Shown: in pieces, positions 22,595-35,279 of the stretch
How the letters are laid out: each line of letters begins with the position of its first letter
How positions within the stretch are numbered: the stretch's first letter is position 1
DNA from: Selaginella moellendorffii
Taxonomy: Eukaryota > Plantae > Lycopodiophyta
Length of the DNA: 64,000 nucleotides
Direction: 5' to 3'
Assembly (NCBI RefSeq): GCF_000143415.4
Contig: NW_003314275.1
Location: forward strand, 811,955-875,954
Made by a program: the position numbers and the translations under genes
Notes under the pieces: model-generated
Told to the model about the DNA's origin: nothing
Databases searched by the model: none
What the model saw: the letters and a program-made list of their open reading frames with translations, nothing else

Positions 22595-23689
22595 TGTAGC
22601 ACATATGGTTTTAACCCTTTATCCTATGGTGATTTACCATAGGATAACACCACGAAGCGGAACCTAAACCCTTTATGTGTCATGTGTTATATGCCATGTG
22701 CCACATGCCACGTGTCCATAGGACAGTGGTGTGGAACCCGAAGTTCAAGGCCTTGGGCTACTGAACAAAGGAACGATGCCAAACTCTCAAGCATGGAGCC
22801 AAGGAGTGATAGAACCGGTCTATGGAGCAACTCCCGAGCACACAACCCAAGGAGCAAAGGAACAGGAGCATGGAGTGATTTGGAATAGTTCTAGAGTATC
22901 TAGCATCCCAATGCCAAGACCAGCATGCAAAATGGAGCCAAACGGAGTCTGGCGTTATTTTAGTATATTGATGGCCTAACGCAAGGATATAGGTACTCCA
23001 CCAGTTAGCATGGTGTGGAGCTTGGGCTTAAACCCAAGCTGGAGGTAGAACAAGGACACGCACACAAGCAGAAGCTAAACTATGCCTCAGGTTGGTCGGC
23101 CATGCCCGACCTACCCACTATCCCTACTATACATTTAAAACCCCCCACATCCCCCCCCTGAGGAGTTAGTCTCTAGGACAAGTTTGAAACTTACTAAATA
23201 TGAAATATCCTTAGATTGCGAATTTGGATACGGGACGAACACCATTGTGTTCAGACCAATCTCTACATTCCATAGATATGCAAAATGAGTGGATTTAGAC
23301 ACTTTCCATAAATAGCATTTGGGACTGAAATAAGACTAACACAAAGGGCATGATAGTGAGGGTGTTTGACAGACACAATAAGCTATTATTTAATAATATT
23401 GAGGGACTAGTCTCAATACTCAAAGGTTTTTGTCAGGCTAATGCAAGATAAAGCAAAAGAGAACTAAGAGCCAGGCCAAGTATGCTCAGCTAGAAACACA
23501 TAAGAGTTCCTACCTTATGTCCATCTGGCTAAGTATAGATGCTAAGCCAAGTAAGCTAACACTTGAACAAGAGGGGCTGATAAAGGGAACTAGCAATATC
23601 AACCTCTTGCCATCGAGGTAGTAAGGAAAAAGTGTCTATAAGGACTAGTTGACAGATAACTTTCGATACCCAAAGTCATATCTGTGACA
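22595..23689 (-). repeat. 5' LTR of family B (1095 bp)
   Basis: TG...CA ends, adjacent PBS, homology to 2021-2473. Confidence 0.85.
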
Positions 23690-26600
23690 CATTGCTTGTG
23701 AAATCAACCATATCAATTTGTAGTCGACTACCTCTAGATGTAGATGTTTTTTTTCCAAGGCCAGAATAGTTAAGAGTATAGTAAGGAAAAATTAAGTTCT
23801 CATTATCACGTGCATATCTATCACGTCTTCTATGGCCATAATTGATTTAAATCGACCGAAATTACTTGCATATACTTATTTTTACAATGCTCAACATTAT
23901 CTTCATAAATTCACATCACAAACATAGAAAACATTAGTCAATCACTTCTTTGGAACTATCATTTTTATCTTCAAAGGAACAAATGTCACTTTTTTTTTTC
24001 TTCAGTTTCTAAGGGAACAAAAAAGTTCATGATATAAAAGAAATGCCTTTGAAGTACCTGGTTTTTCGAGGTGCATCACCAATTTTGATATTGATAGTAG
24101 CATCATCCTTATTGCATTTCACTTGACAAGTTTTTGTCCACTCATCCATGATGTTTTGCATTTTATCTAACACTATAAATCACATATGCTACTTTGACTT
24201 TTGACTTTTGACTGTTGCTTACTTGAGGGTTTGTGCTGCATGGTTGTATACATTGTCAATCCATCATCCTGTTGCCACTTTTATGCTTAAAAGCTTAATA
24301 CCTAAATAGGCAAACACCATGTTTATGTCAGTCCTTGACTCTTACCATCATATCTCTCAACATCATTCTCCATCACTTGGTAACTTATGTTTTAGTTTAA
24401 CCCTAACTGCTCCTAAGTCACTCATCAAAACTCTTATTAATTAACAACAGTTAATAGTTGTGTTAACAGTGCCCCTACATGAATTGATTTAGCGCAAAAC
24501 ACTAAGTCAAACTCAAATTAGGTGGTATTAGCATAATGAAGCTCCTACAAAGCATGGAACTCATATGCTCATGCTTCACACACTTACGGATATCTATTGC
24601 CACCTTTTGATCATCTCTCCAAGTCCTCATGAACTTCACAGACACTAAGTAGTAACCAAGAAGTGAATGACATTCTCTTGATGAACCTATTTGTATCTCA
24701 TATTAGTCTAGTTCTCTTGAGAAAGTCTGCCACACACAAGAGGTGCTCTCATGATAAGTCTATATTATCCACATTCATATTATCACCATCTTATACCATA
24801 CATGAGGATTATACAGAGTGGAAATTCCTAGAAAACTAGAAGCAGGGAAAAGCATCATCTCTTATTTCAAGTTTTTACTTTCTAATCATCCCCAAAGGAC
24901 ATAAATGAAGAGTTAGTTGTGTCTTGCAACATGCCAAGAACAAGGGTCACCACATCTATGATTCATACATCACAAACATAAGAATTGAATGGAATTTTTT
25001 ACTTATGAAATAGACTTCTCACTATGGACATATGATAAGTACAAAGTAATCAAATCCAATTCCTCTGAGATAAGAAAAACTTTCCCTAAAACAAGCAACC
25101 ACCTTACATACACCTATCTCAACCATTAAGCTTGAAAAGTATCTTGATTAAATACATTGTTTTTCTCTTTAATTATAGAAGGACTAGCAAAATCATGGTG
25201 GAGTATTCATGATGTTTTAGTAATTTTAAAAGTTGTAAATTTTTTTAACATAATTATAATTAAAATATACATAGTTAATATAATAAAATATAATATTTAT
25301 ATAAAAATCCCTTTTACAATTGACCCTATCACCAATATACATTAGAACATAACAAATATAACTTATAACATAATATAATATTTAAAACTTGAAATGCTAA
25401 GTGAAGTGTGTGATCTTCTACTGAGATGAAAATGCCAGCTATGGGATCTTATAGTTAAATGAGTTATTTAAGGCTTGGCGATTTAAATGAGGCTTGGCAA
25501 TAAAGGAAAGGGTATAATTGTGGTGGAAATCCATGATTAGATTAGTTAACCAATAAAACAAAATTTACATATTTAAATTTTCAATTAAATATTATAAATA
25601 AATATCTATATAAATAAAACTTCTAAAAAAATTACATTAGTTATAGTTACTGAAAAGACAAATTTTATATGAGATGAAGTTAGAGTTAAAAGTATTGAAG
25701 TGAAAGTTCCAAAATACTGAAGTTAATGTGATAATTTAAAGTATGTGTAGGAAATAATACTTAATTATTTGGAAATTAATTATTAATTTTAAGATTTAAG
25801 AAATCTAGAAAATATAAATCATAAGATAATAAGCACTCTTGTAAATCTATAGCAGCCAAGAGGAATTCAACCAGATGAATATGATGCAAATTTGTGAAAA
25901 ATGTAAGGTCAAATCTAGAGAATTGTTGCTAGCTCATAGATGGTTGGATGTCTTATATGTGAGAATGAAATGTTATACCATCTCAAACTATGCCTACAAA
26001 AGAAGTAGAGTCTCTATTCTAATGGCAAGAATGTTTGTGTGGAGGCAATGTTAACTTACTCAATAACTTGCCACAATATTTCAATATACTATCTACCCAT
26101 AGTCTATTTATTGACACTCTAATAAGGTATTATACTGAATTGTGAGTTGACAATATCAAGGTACTCTTTAAATTTAATGTAAGTTAAGTTTTTTTGAGCT
26201 ACCTTTGAAAAACCCATATATGCAATATGAAGCAAATCATCTAAATCCATATTTAGTCTTGTTATATCCAACATCTAAATTTGTGCACCATCCTATGCTG
26301 TTTGTATCAGCAGAGTTGGAGATAGCATATTTAGAGAGTTTGTCTATGATTTCAAACATCAATAAAGAGGAATCACTTGGTAAAAATAAGAGGTATTTAA
26401 GTAACTTATATCTCTACAACCATGATACCAGTTTATTTTTTAATAGCCAAATTTTATATTCAAGAATTGGTGATTGATTTTCTCAAACTTCTTCTAGTTT
26501 GTAGTGGAGATACTAACACCCCAAACTTCCCCCACATAGGTGAGGAATATGATTACCTTAGTCTCATAGTATCCTAATCATTTTGTAATTTTCTTTGGGG

Positions 26601-27849
26601 ACTATAGCATACATTTGTGGTACTTATATTCTTTGATTTAGATAAGATGTTGGCTATCATATGTGAAACAGTTATTTCTTGTAAGACTAAATATCATAAT
26701 CAGAGTCTTAGCCATTTTAACAGCCAACCTTATAATTAACAAAACTCAACCAGAACATGTAATTATTGTTAAAGGTTAGGGCAAGTAGTAGTAAAAAGAA
26801 GGAAGGAGGTAAAACAATAACCTTATGAATCTTTGAAATGTTAATGCCATATTAAATTCTCAAGTAGACATCTTTATTTAACTTTGATAGTGCATTCAAT
26901 TTGTTTTAGTCCTTGGTAGTCCACAAGAATAATGACATACTTTTTTTTTAATAGGAACTAGTAGTGTGTTAATTTTTTTGTAGGTGTTAAAATAATTTTT
27001 CACAGAAAACTGTGTTGACCAAGATGATCTTCTATAATATGCTCATGAATTACCTATAAAGTTGAGAGTTTCATTCTAGATTTTTCATTTTAGCACTCTT
27101 TTATTCCAAATTTTATTCAAAAATGGAAGGAGTCCTTTTGAAAAAGTGCTAGTAACTATGGTAAGCTAGTAACTGTAGCTTATATGAAACACCTATTGTT
27201 GCATGATAGAATGTGATGGGTGTAACATGTATTAAGAAATCATTATTTGCTAAAGAATGCTTGTTTCATTCATTTCCAAGAAGTGATATTTATAATTACA
27301 CCCTTTTACTTTTTATAGTTGCAAATCAAAGGGAAATGCCCTTATATACTAGTGATTCCTTCTTCTAAGGTAATACAATAGCATCCTTTTAACATCATAC
27401 TGGCGAGATATTTACCTTTTATCATAATTTATATTATTAAAAAAGAACACCTTCATAAAGTAGCTTGTCAACTATCAAGTTCAATTTTAACACATAAAAC
27501 AAGTTGGAAAATCAATGATTTATAGATTTTTATATTATGAATGTATGAAATATAGAAATAGGATATAAAAATATGCATATTCATTAGCCCAAAAACCCTA
27601 GCTTATATACATGAGTGAGTGGTTTGGATTGAAACCAATATAACAGCTATCAAAATCTATAGTAGTATATATCTAGTTGATGGGCCGAGATCTGGAGAAA
27701 CATTAGGAGGAAGCACTAGTGGATATATAAGTAGTATTAGTTGTTCTTAATCCCTTTGTATGAAGTGTTTTAGCTGTTACACATGCACAATTTCTAAAGG
27801 ATTAACTTGTTGAACATTATACTAAACTTTATAAACTTGTGGTTCAACT

Positions 27850-30560
27850 TGCCACAACACCGATACAATCCCTTCCACTAAGCAAAAAGCCCTTTAGACA
27901 AACTATATACCATAAGATTGGGAAAATGGACTAATACTAAGTCATTCAATTTATATTATAGAGGTGGATGAGGATGGGAGTTATAGCGCTATTGTTGTCT
28001 CACTTGTATGCAACTCAAATATTTGGTATATTTTGCTTAGACAAATGTAAAAATACTTATCAAATATTAATCCAAACACCTAGCATCGGCAGCTTACAAA
28101 GGTAGACTCAACTTTGTTGATAGTATTAGATTATATAAATTTCTATATGATGAAGCATCAATAGAACTTTGCACCCCTGTGATATATACATACAAAAAAG
28201 ACAACAAATAACCATCTCAATCTGAATGTTAAAGGCTTATATACTTTGTGATTATCCATTTGAAAGTCCAGATAAGACATTCTACTAAACCATCTATCTG
28301 TGGATGATAAGCACTTGTAAAACTATAGTGTATCCCCAATCGAGATATTAAAACATGAAATGCTTTAGTCATAAATGCAAGACTATTATCTGACAGAATC
28401 CATTCTAAATAGAACACCAATCAATTAAGGAGGAAATATCTAATAACAATTGCTGAGTCACTAGCAAGGGTGCTAACTTCCACCTAATTAGTTAAGTAGT
28501 CAAAGACAATAATGACATATTCATTACTAATAGTTAATTGTGGAAAAAGCCCCATCAGATCAAATGCCATCACTCAAATAAATGTGAAATTGCAATTAAT
28601 TCTAACCATCCTTCTATGAGGGAGAGTATTATAAGCTTGGCACCAAACATATCTACACATATATTGAATAACATTACGTTGCATCTTTGACTAATAGAAA
28701 GACTTATATAGCTATACATTGATATCCCATATGCCTGCTTACAATAAGAGAGTTATGATAAATATAGAAAAAGCATGGAATAAATATCAAAGGTACCACC
28801 AGTTGTAAATGATTATTAAGATGAATCCTAATAAAATAAATAAGGTCTATCCTTAAGGTGATATTGAGAATGTAAATGTCAAAACAACAAATCATAAGTA
28901 AATGATATAAGATTTTTAAACCTCTTATAAAGCCTTTGGATCCATAGCTTAACTTTTTAAACCTTATGAACATTGTTAAGAGAAGATAAATCTTGTTTTA
29001 CACATTGTAGACACTAAATATCAAGTACAATACTTGTCAACAACACAAAATCCTTATCTAAAAAATCCACAAATGCTAGAATAATAAGCTTGTCAGGAAT
29101 CTTGAGAAAGGGCATCATAATCAGCCATAGAACTTTTTACGCAATGAACAACCTTTAAATTGTATATTTGAAATTTTAGAGACAATCAACTAGTATGACT
29201 AGCCAAGTTCTTCTATTTCAATAACAAAGTAACTATAGTATGATTACCTTCTAGTAATGTTTAAGAACTATGCAAATATGCATGAAACTTTTCAAACTAT
29301 TGCTAAATATTTCTTTTTTATTGTGGAGTAGTTCACCTTTGCTGGTTGTAATGTATAGTTGATGTATGCATAGCATGATGCTGATCAATTACACTTGTAC
29401 TTTCTTGCATTAAGACACCCCCAAAACTAATATCCAAAGTATCCATATGCAAAATGAAAAGTCAAATGTAGTCAGAATATACCAAAATTGAAAAAGTTGT
29501 CAACAACACTTTGAGATCCATAAATGCTTGTTTGCAGTCCTTAAACTAAATAAAAGATTGTGATTAGAAAGATGATTAATAAAACAACTGAGATATTGCA
29601 CCTTGCACAAGAAACACTATACATCATTCACACATTTCGGAGTAAAGAACTTTTGAACGGCCACAAGTTTGTTAAGATTAATTTGCAAACCTTCATAAGA
29701 AATATGGTACTTAAGCCGTATCTTTAGACCTAAACATGCATTTTGACCACTTCAATTTTAAACTAACTTCTCACAACCGATTTAACATCTTCCAAACATC
29801 ATGAACATACTTCTCCCATGTCCCTTCTATATGAATCAAGACATTATAACTGAAGTCAATAGTCACCTTTGGCATATCACAAAGAACTACATCTATTATT
29901 TACTGAAAAGTCACTAAAGTGTTGGTTCAATTAAATGGCATCACCAATAATTTGTATAAACCAAGGTGTATGAAAAGTAATCTTGGGAATATTTATAAGC
30001 AACTAAAGGGAATGACTCAAGATACAATCCATATGGGTTTAAATATAAAGGGAAAGAGCCCATAAACAAAAGTGCACTTCCTTTTCTAATTGGTTAATTC
30101 GAGGTTAAATGTCCTTGGGTTAAAATAATACTAAGCTAAGTGACATCTTAGAAAGTTCAAATTCATGAGCTTACAATATCCTCCTTGGTTATCAGCACTT
30201 GCCAATACTCAAAAACAAAATTTAGCTTGGTGAGCTAATGACTTCTCCTAATAACTTCTCCGTATATCATTAAGGATTTCCTGGTTTAAGATTAAAAATG
30301 TGAGGAAGAGGGTGTATATCTAGGATAATTACTTTGTTTAATGGATAATAGTCGATGTAAAAATAAATATTCCTATCAAGTTTTGTCACAAGATGAGATT
30401 CACATGCCTAAGAATTCCATAACTTTCAATTAACACCCTTACTCAATATATAAAATCTTGATTTCCTTTGGTGACCAATAATAAACAAAAACCTTGATTA
30501 TATGAGCATCCCAATTTGGAATAGAATAATGTGTTGCAATCTTGACTCTAAACAATAAAT
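27850..30560 (-). mobile_element. Highly decayed Ty3/gypsy pol relic (RT-RNaseH-integrase region)
   Basis: Integrase-like SAYHPQIDGLVE (canonical T.YHPQTDG..E) at 28229-28420. Surrounding DNA is AT-rich and full of stops. Limits approximate. Confidence 0.6.
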
Positions 30561-31103
30561 TAAATTCAAAGAAATTAACATATTCTTTCATGAGCTAGTC
30601 AACCATTGTAACATAAATACCATTGGAGGGATTTAAAAAGGGAATAAAGGAATAAGATAAAAAAAACAGAAGAAAAAGTAATAAAGAGATAAAAATGATG
30701 AAAATAGAAATAGAATAAAAAAGGACAAAGAGGGATAAAAATGAAAAGAATTGAAGAAATATAAAGAAATATAAAGAAAGGGGAAAAGCCTCAAAATCAC
30801 ATTTAACTAATCTATATCAAGAATAAAGTTAAAATTTGACTTAACACCATTTACAACAATTGGAATTTAAGTTCAAAATTGCCCACATGCACAACCAAGT
30901 TTACTTTTATTGTGCACATACATGTGTATGGAATCTATATTGAAATAAAAAGATTGTTGCTCAATATCGAAATAAGACAAAAATAACATCTTTATTTTCT
31001 AGAAAGATTGTTTCTCAGTGAAAGGCTTCCAGTTTAAAGAAGTTTCCATGCGTCATTCACCATTTGAAGTGTTTATAAGGACACACTACATTTCCAAACT
31101 TCC

Positions 31104-32592
31104 ATGGGGCACATCACAGCTTTTTTCACCTTCTTGGCTTCTTTCTTCTTGGTGATCTTCTACTATGATCGATCTAAATCACGCAGCTCCCATGTCATGC
31201 CTCCAAGCCCCCGGGCCTTTCCAATCCTCGGCCACATTCCACTCCTGGCCAGCAATTCCCACGGGCCACATCTCATCCTCTTCGATCTCGCCAAGAAGCT
31301 TGGCCCGATCTTCTACCTCCGCCTGGGCTAGACCCCCACGCTCGTCGTCTCCTCAGCCAAGATCGCCCAAGAGATCCTCAAGACCCACGACAGGATCTTC
31401 TTCTCGCGGCCATCGCCGAGGCGATCCTCCCAGACGATCTCGTCTTCGCGCGCTATGGCGCGAGATGGAGGGAGCTCCGCAAGATCTGCACGCTCGAGCT
31501 CTTCACCGCGCGCCGCGTGGGGAGCTTTGCGGCAGTGAGGCAAATGGAGAAGTTCCTGGCGATGCTTTCCCAAAATCTGAGAAGAACGGTGAACATGACC
31601 CAGGAGCTCAGCGTCCTCACCTTGGAGATCATGCAAACGCTCGTGTTTGGGACGAGCCGGACCTTCGGTGCCAACGATTTCCTCCGCTTGGTCCGCCAGG
31701 GGAACGAGCTGAGCGGGAGGCTACACATCGGCGATTACGTCCCATGGCTTAAATGGATGGATCTCTCGCTGCCCAAGCTGAGAACCTTAGCAACCAAATT
31801 CCATGCCTTGCTTCAAGCACACATTGAAGAGCACAGATCCTTTATAGCCAAGCAATGACATGGCGGCAAGAGCTTCCTGGACGTCTTGCTCTCGCTCGAC
31901 AACATGTCAGATCTTGGTGCCTCATGGACTTGAGTGTTGACTAACTCGTTGGCCGTCCTTGCTAGGATGCAGTGAGTGCAGGGCTGGACACGACTTGCCA
32001 CAGCGATAGAATGGCTCTCACAGAGCTACTTCTTCATCCACAAATCTTGGCAAAAGCCCAGAAGGGATTGGACGACGTGATCCCTGCTAGTAGCGCCATC
32101 GTGAGTGAGGCCGACATTTCCAAGCTCAAGTACCTCGTCGCGATTGTCAAGGAGACCCTGCGCAAGCACCCTCCGGCGCCACTCATGGTTCCACGCGAAT
32201 CCACCGCCGAGTGTAAGGTAAGTAGTCTAAACGCTAGATCTCTGAATTTGTTATCATCGTGTATGAAAGCTTGAAGAAGCTGGCTACGCGGTCCCAGCCA
32301 AGACCCAATTGTTGATCAACCTCTATGCCATCGGCCGGGATCCAAACATCTGGGAGAACCCTCTGGAGTTCATCCCGGAGAGGATGAGCAGCGAATTCAA
32401 TGCGGCCGTGGAACTCATGACGTTTGGCTTTGGCCGGCGATCCTGCCCGGGTATGAAATTGGGAATGATTTCATTCTTGCCAATCTTCTCTACAAGTTGA
32501 ACTGGAGAACAACGGATGGTAAAGAGGTGGACGTCGGGTTCACGCTCATGCGGGCTCGTCCACTTGCATTGGTTCCACTTCTCCGCAAGTAG
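31104..32592 (+). pseudogene. Cytochrome P450 (CYP71 clan) pseudogene
   Basis: TM anchor plus PPSPRAFPILGH, YGARWRELRK, AGLDTT, KETLRKHPPAPL, PERM, FGFGRRSCPG. Stops at 31329 and 31856 and frameshifts. Confidence 0.88.
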
Positions 32593-32759
32593 TCAAACAT
32601 ATTGACTAGAATAAACAAAGTATGTTTATTAGAGTACACTTAAGGTTGCTCTTGCTTTGTTAAACCTGCGCGCCATTTCTGGGCACCGATATTATGAAAA
32701 TGGAGACAGGGAGAATGGATACGTTCGTGACCTTTTGCCAACTCACTATATTGTGTGGC

Positions 32760-33035
32760 GTGAAATGTACTCAAATCCACCTGATCTAATACGCAATAAA
32801 ATCCGTCTTCCATTGATATGTTTACTTGATTTCAAAATCCATCAGTTCTAATTCTTGCCAATCCTCTGTAGAACTTCGAGTGGTGGTCAATGTGACACGC
32901 TCATGCAAGTTCTACGGAAGTTTGGCAAGAACGAGATGGAAAGAACTGATCGATTTTGAAAAGCAACACCTCTAGGTAAGCATATCAATGATTTTATTGC
33001 GTATCAGATGGTGGATCAGAATTTGTACATTTCAC
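32760..33035. repeat. Imperfect inverted repeat (arms about 115-128 bp, loop about 33 bp)
   Basis: Arm pairs gtgaaatgtac/gtacatttcac, atacgcaataaaatc/gattttattgcgtat, ttcaaaatc/gattttgaa, ttcttgccaa/ttggcaagaa, gtagaact/agttctac, all in nested order. Confidence 0.75.
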
Positions 33036-33479
33036 ACTTCAAAAAATCATTATACTGAAAATTTTCTAAGCCAGGCACTGTGAAATAGAGGACGTCATCT
33101 TATGACATTCTTTGCCTAGAGTTTCGTCACAAATTTCATGCACGAGCACCGTATCTGATAGATAGGTTTCGTTTTGTTATTCAAATAGTCTTGCATGCTT
33201 CTGGATTTTTCTCTTCTTGTATGTCGCCGCTGGGAGACCTCCGCTGCGCGGATCACGTCTTCTCGTGGATACCCTGGCACGATGCAATGGTCTGGAACAC
33301 AATGATCGCGAGCAAAGCCTGAATGTAATGTTGGCACTCTACCTTTGTTTTGTAGAGTTTACTATGCAATGTATAATTGAGAGGCCATCAACTAATATCG
33401 TTTGCAAATTTAAAATCAATAAAAAAACAACAGATTAAGAGGAGAAATCAAGATCTCTGCCCTAATTGCCAGCCAAAAC

Positions 33480-34114
33480 AATCTTTTGAGATAATTTGAA
33501 TAGAATTTGGACCAGGATACATGGCAGATTGGGAGCTTCGCATTTACAAAGCTCTTTCATGGGCATTAGGATCTAGATCGATCTCACGCAGAATTGGACT
33601 TTTGAAAGACACACTGGGAGATGGCCAAAGTGGACATGCAAACGGAGTTCTTTGGTCTACGCCGGAAGAACTGAATTGGCAATCCCCGAGGTAGGCTCAT
33701 CAATGAACTCTATTTTCAGTGCCATCCCCTGAGCCAAAGACCAAAGTTTTCAGGTCCACTTTGGATTGGCTTGGCTGCCCAGCGTCTCTCATTTAAGCCG
33801 GGTGGAAAGATGCACCCATTTCGTGTGGGAGATTGGTCTCATCCTAATATAAATGAAATACAAGGTGAGCTCATGAGGTTGGTATGTGAAAGAAGAGAAC
33901 TTTTGGCATGCCAATTGCAACAAATAGGAGAAGGTTGCAATTGCATATCATTGCTTCAATAATCTCACAAACCGAGTGTTCTTGTCAGTAATAACATATG
34001 GATGTGCAGAGTGATGCCTCAGAAAAAGTGATTTCTGAAAAGAAAGAAGATCTTGGTCAAGACGGTGAGCAACTTCACTGTTTCAAAGGAGGCTGTTCTT
34101 GTGATGCATGGTAA
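33480..34114 (+). pseudogene. Degenerate PPR E+/DYW-domain fragment
   Basis: HPFRVGDWSHP..EI (E+ motif) and terminal HCFKGGCSCDAW* (canonical HHF..G.CSC.DYW). Multiple disruptions. Confidence 0.65.
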
Positions 34115-35279
34115 TTTTTGCTGTTTTATGTTCCACAATATATTTTAAATTTTTTAAAGTTTGCTGACACGTCAAATTTAAACAGCAGATTGTAGCCAGG
34201 TCTCGAGAATTTTTACGCACTGCGATTTATAATATTGAGAAGAGTGACAAAGCAAGTCACAGACTCCATTCTCGGTTGTTGCAGCATCCAACTCCTTACT
34301 CACACCTCGATTCACTGGCCAAGTGCTCCAGTGATGGCGAGCACTGGCATTTGTTCAGAACTGGTGATGATCCTTGACATGGACCTCGACACTGGGCCTG
34401 GACTTAGATGAAATTCTCAAGACAACTTGGAATTCTAGACATGGAAAGCACTCCAGCGGTGCTCCATGTGCACCACCGAAAACGTCCTCTACAACGTCCA
34501 CATTGCCACTGTCAACCTGCGATTTTGAAGTATACAAGAGCCAAGGAACAGGAGGATCCTTGGAACTTGCTGCATAGGCCGTCATTGCCTCCTCATTGAA
34601 CTTGGCCAGCAGGTTAAACCGAAAATCCTGCGAGCACTCTCCTTTTGCCCGACGTGCCTCAAGAAAGTCGAAGATGCCGACCATGTTATCAATATGTGCC
34701 CCACATACACTAGCACGCCGGTGCGATGGGGGTCAAATCTGCATGTCTGTGGGCAAACAAACTCTGTGCAAGGGCAACCATCCTCCAGCTTGCACACCAT
34801 AACCCACTGGTCTAATGCAGGAGGGGGCGCTGCGAGACCATGTAAACAAATGAATGAATAAATGAATGATTTGGTAGAATTATTATTTATCTGATGGGGG
34901 TCGGATAAATTCTGGTTGCAAAACCAGTTTACAAAATAAACTTTGAGAAGTTAAGCAAATTATATATAACATGTATAGATATATCTCTTTTTTCTTTTCT
35001 TGTGTGGCACTTAGCTCTCTGCTTCTTTTCAACCTCTGGAAAGAAGTGTAAAATTAAGTGCCACATAGGAGAGAAGTTTTAGAGATAATACAATTATTAT
35101 TAAAATTAACTGAAGAGCGTGAAAAAGTTAAAACGTGGTGTAAATTATAATTTTAATCATATAATGTTCTTTTGTAATGCAAGCGTGAATCAAAAGTATT
35201 AACATCTGCACACTCGTCTGCGGTTCCCGCGACACCTCTTACTGGGAGCCTGAGAGGTTTTGTTTTCGTCGCTCCAGCC

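Larger units (their letters stand above)
2021..23689 (-). mobile_element. Older, degenerate LTR retrotransposon family B that hosts the nested insertions
   Basis: 5' LTR 22595-23689 (tgtagc...gtgaca) with PBS-like TGGTATTAGAGG at 22581-22592. 2021-2473 is collinear with 23237-23689 (453 bp each) and is the truncated 3' LTR. Polypurine tract AGGGGGGGAGAG on the minus strand at 2474-2485. Internal DNA (2474-5080, 20274-22594) has no long ORF. Confidence 0.8.
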
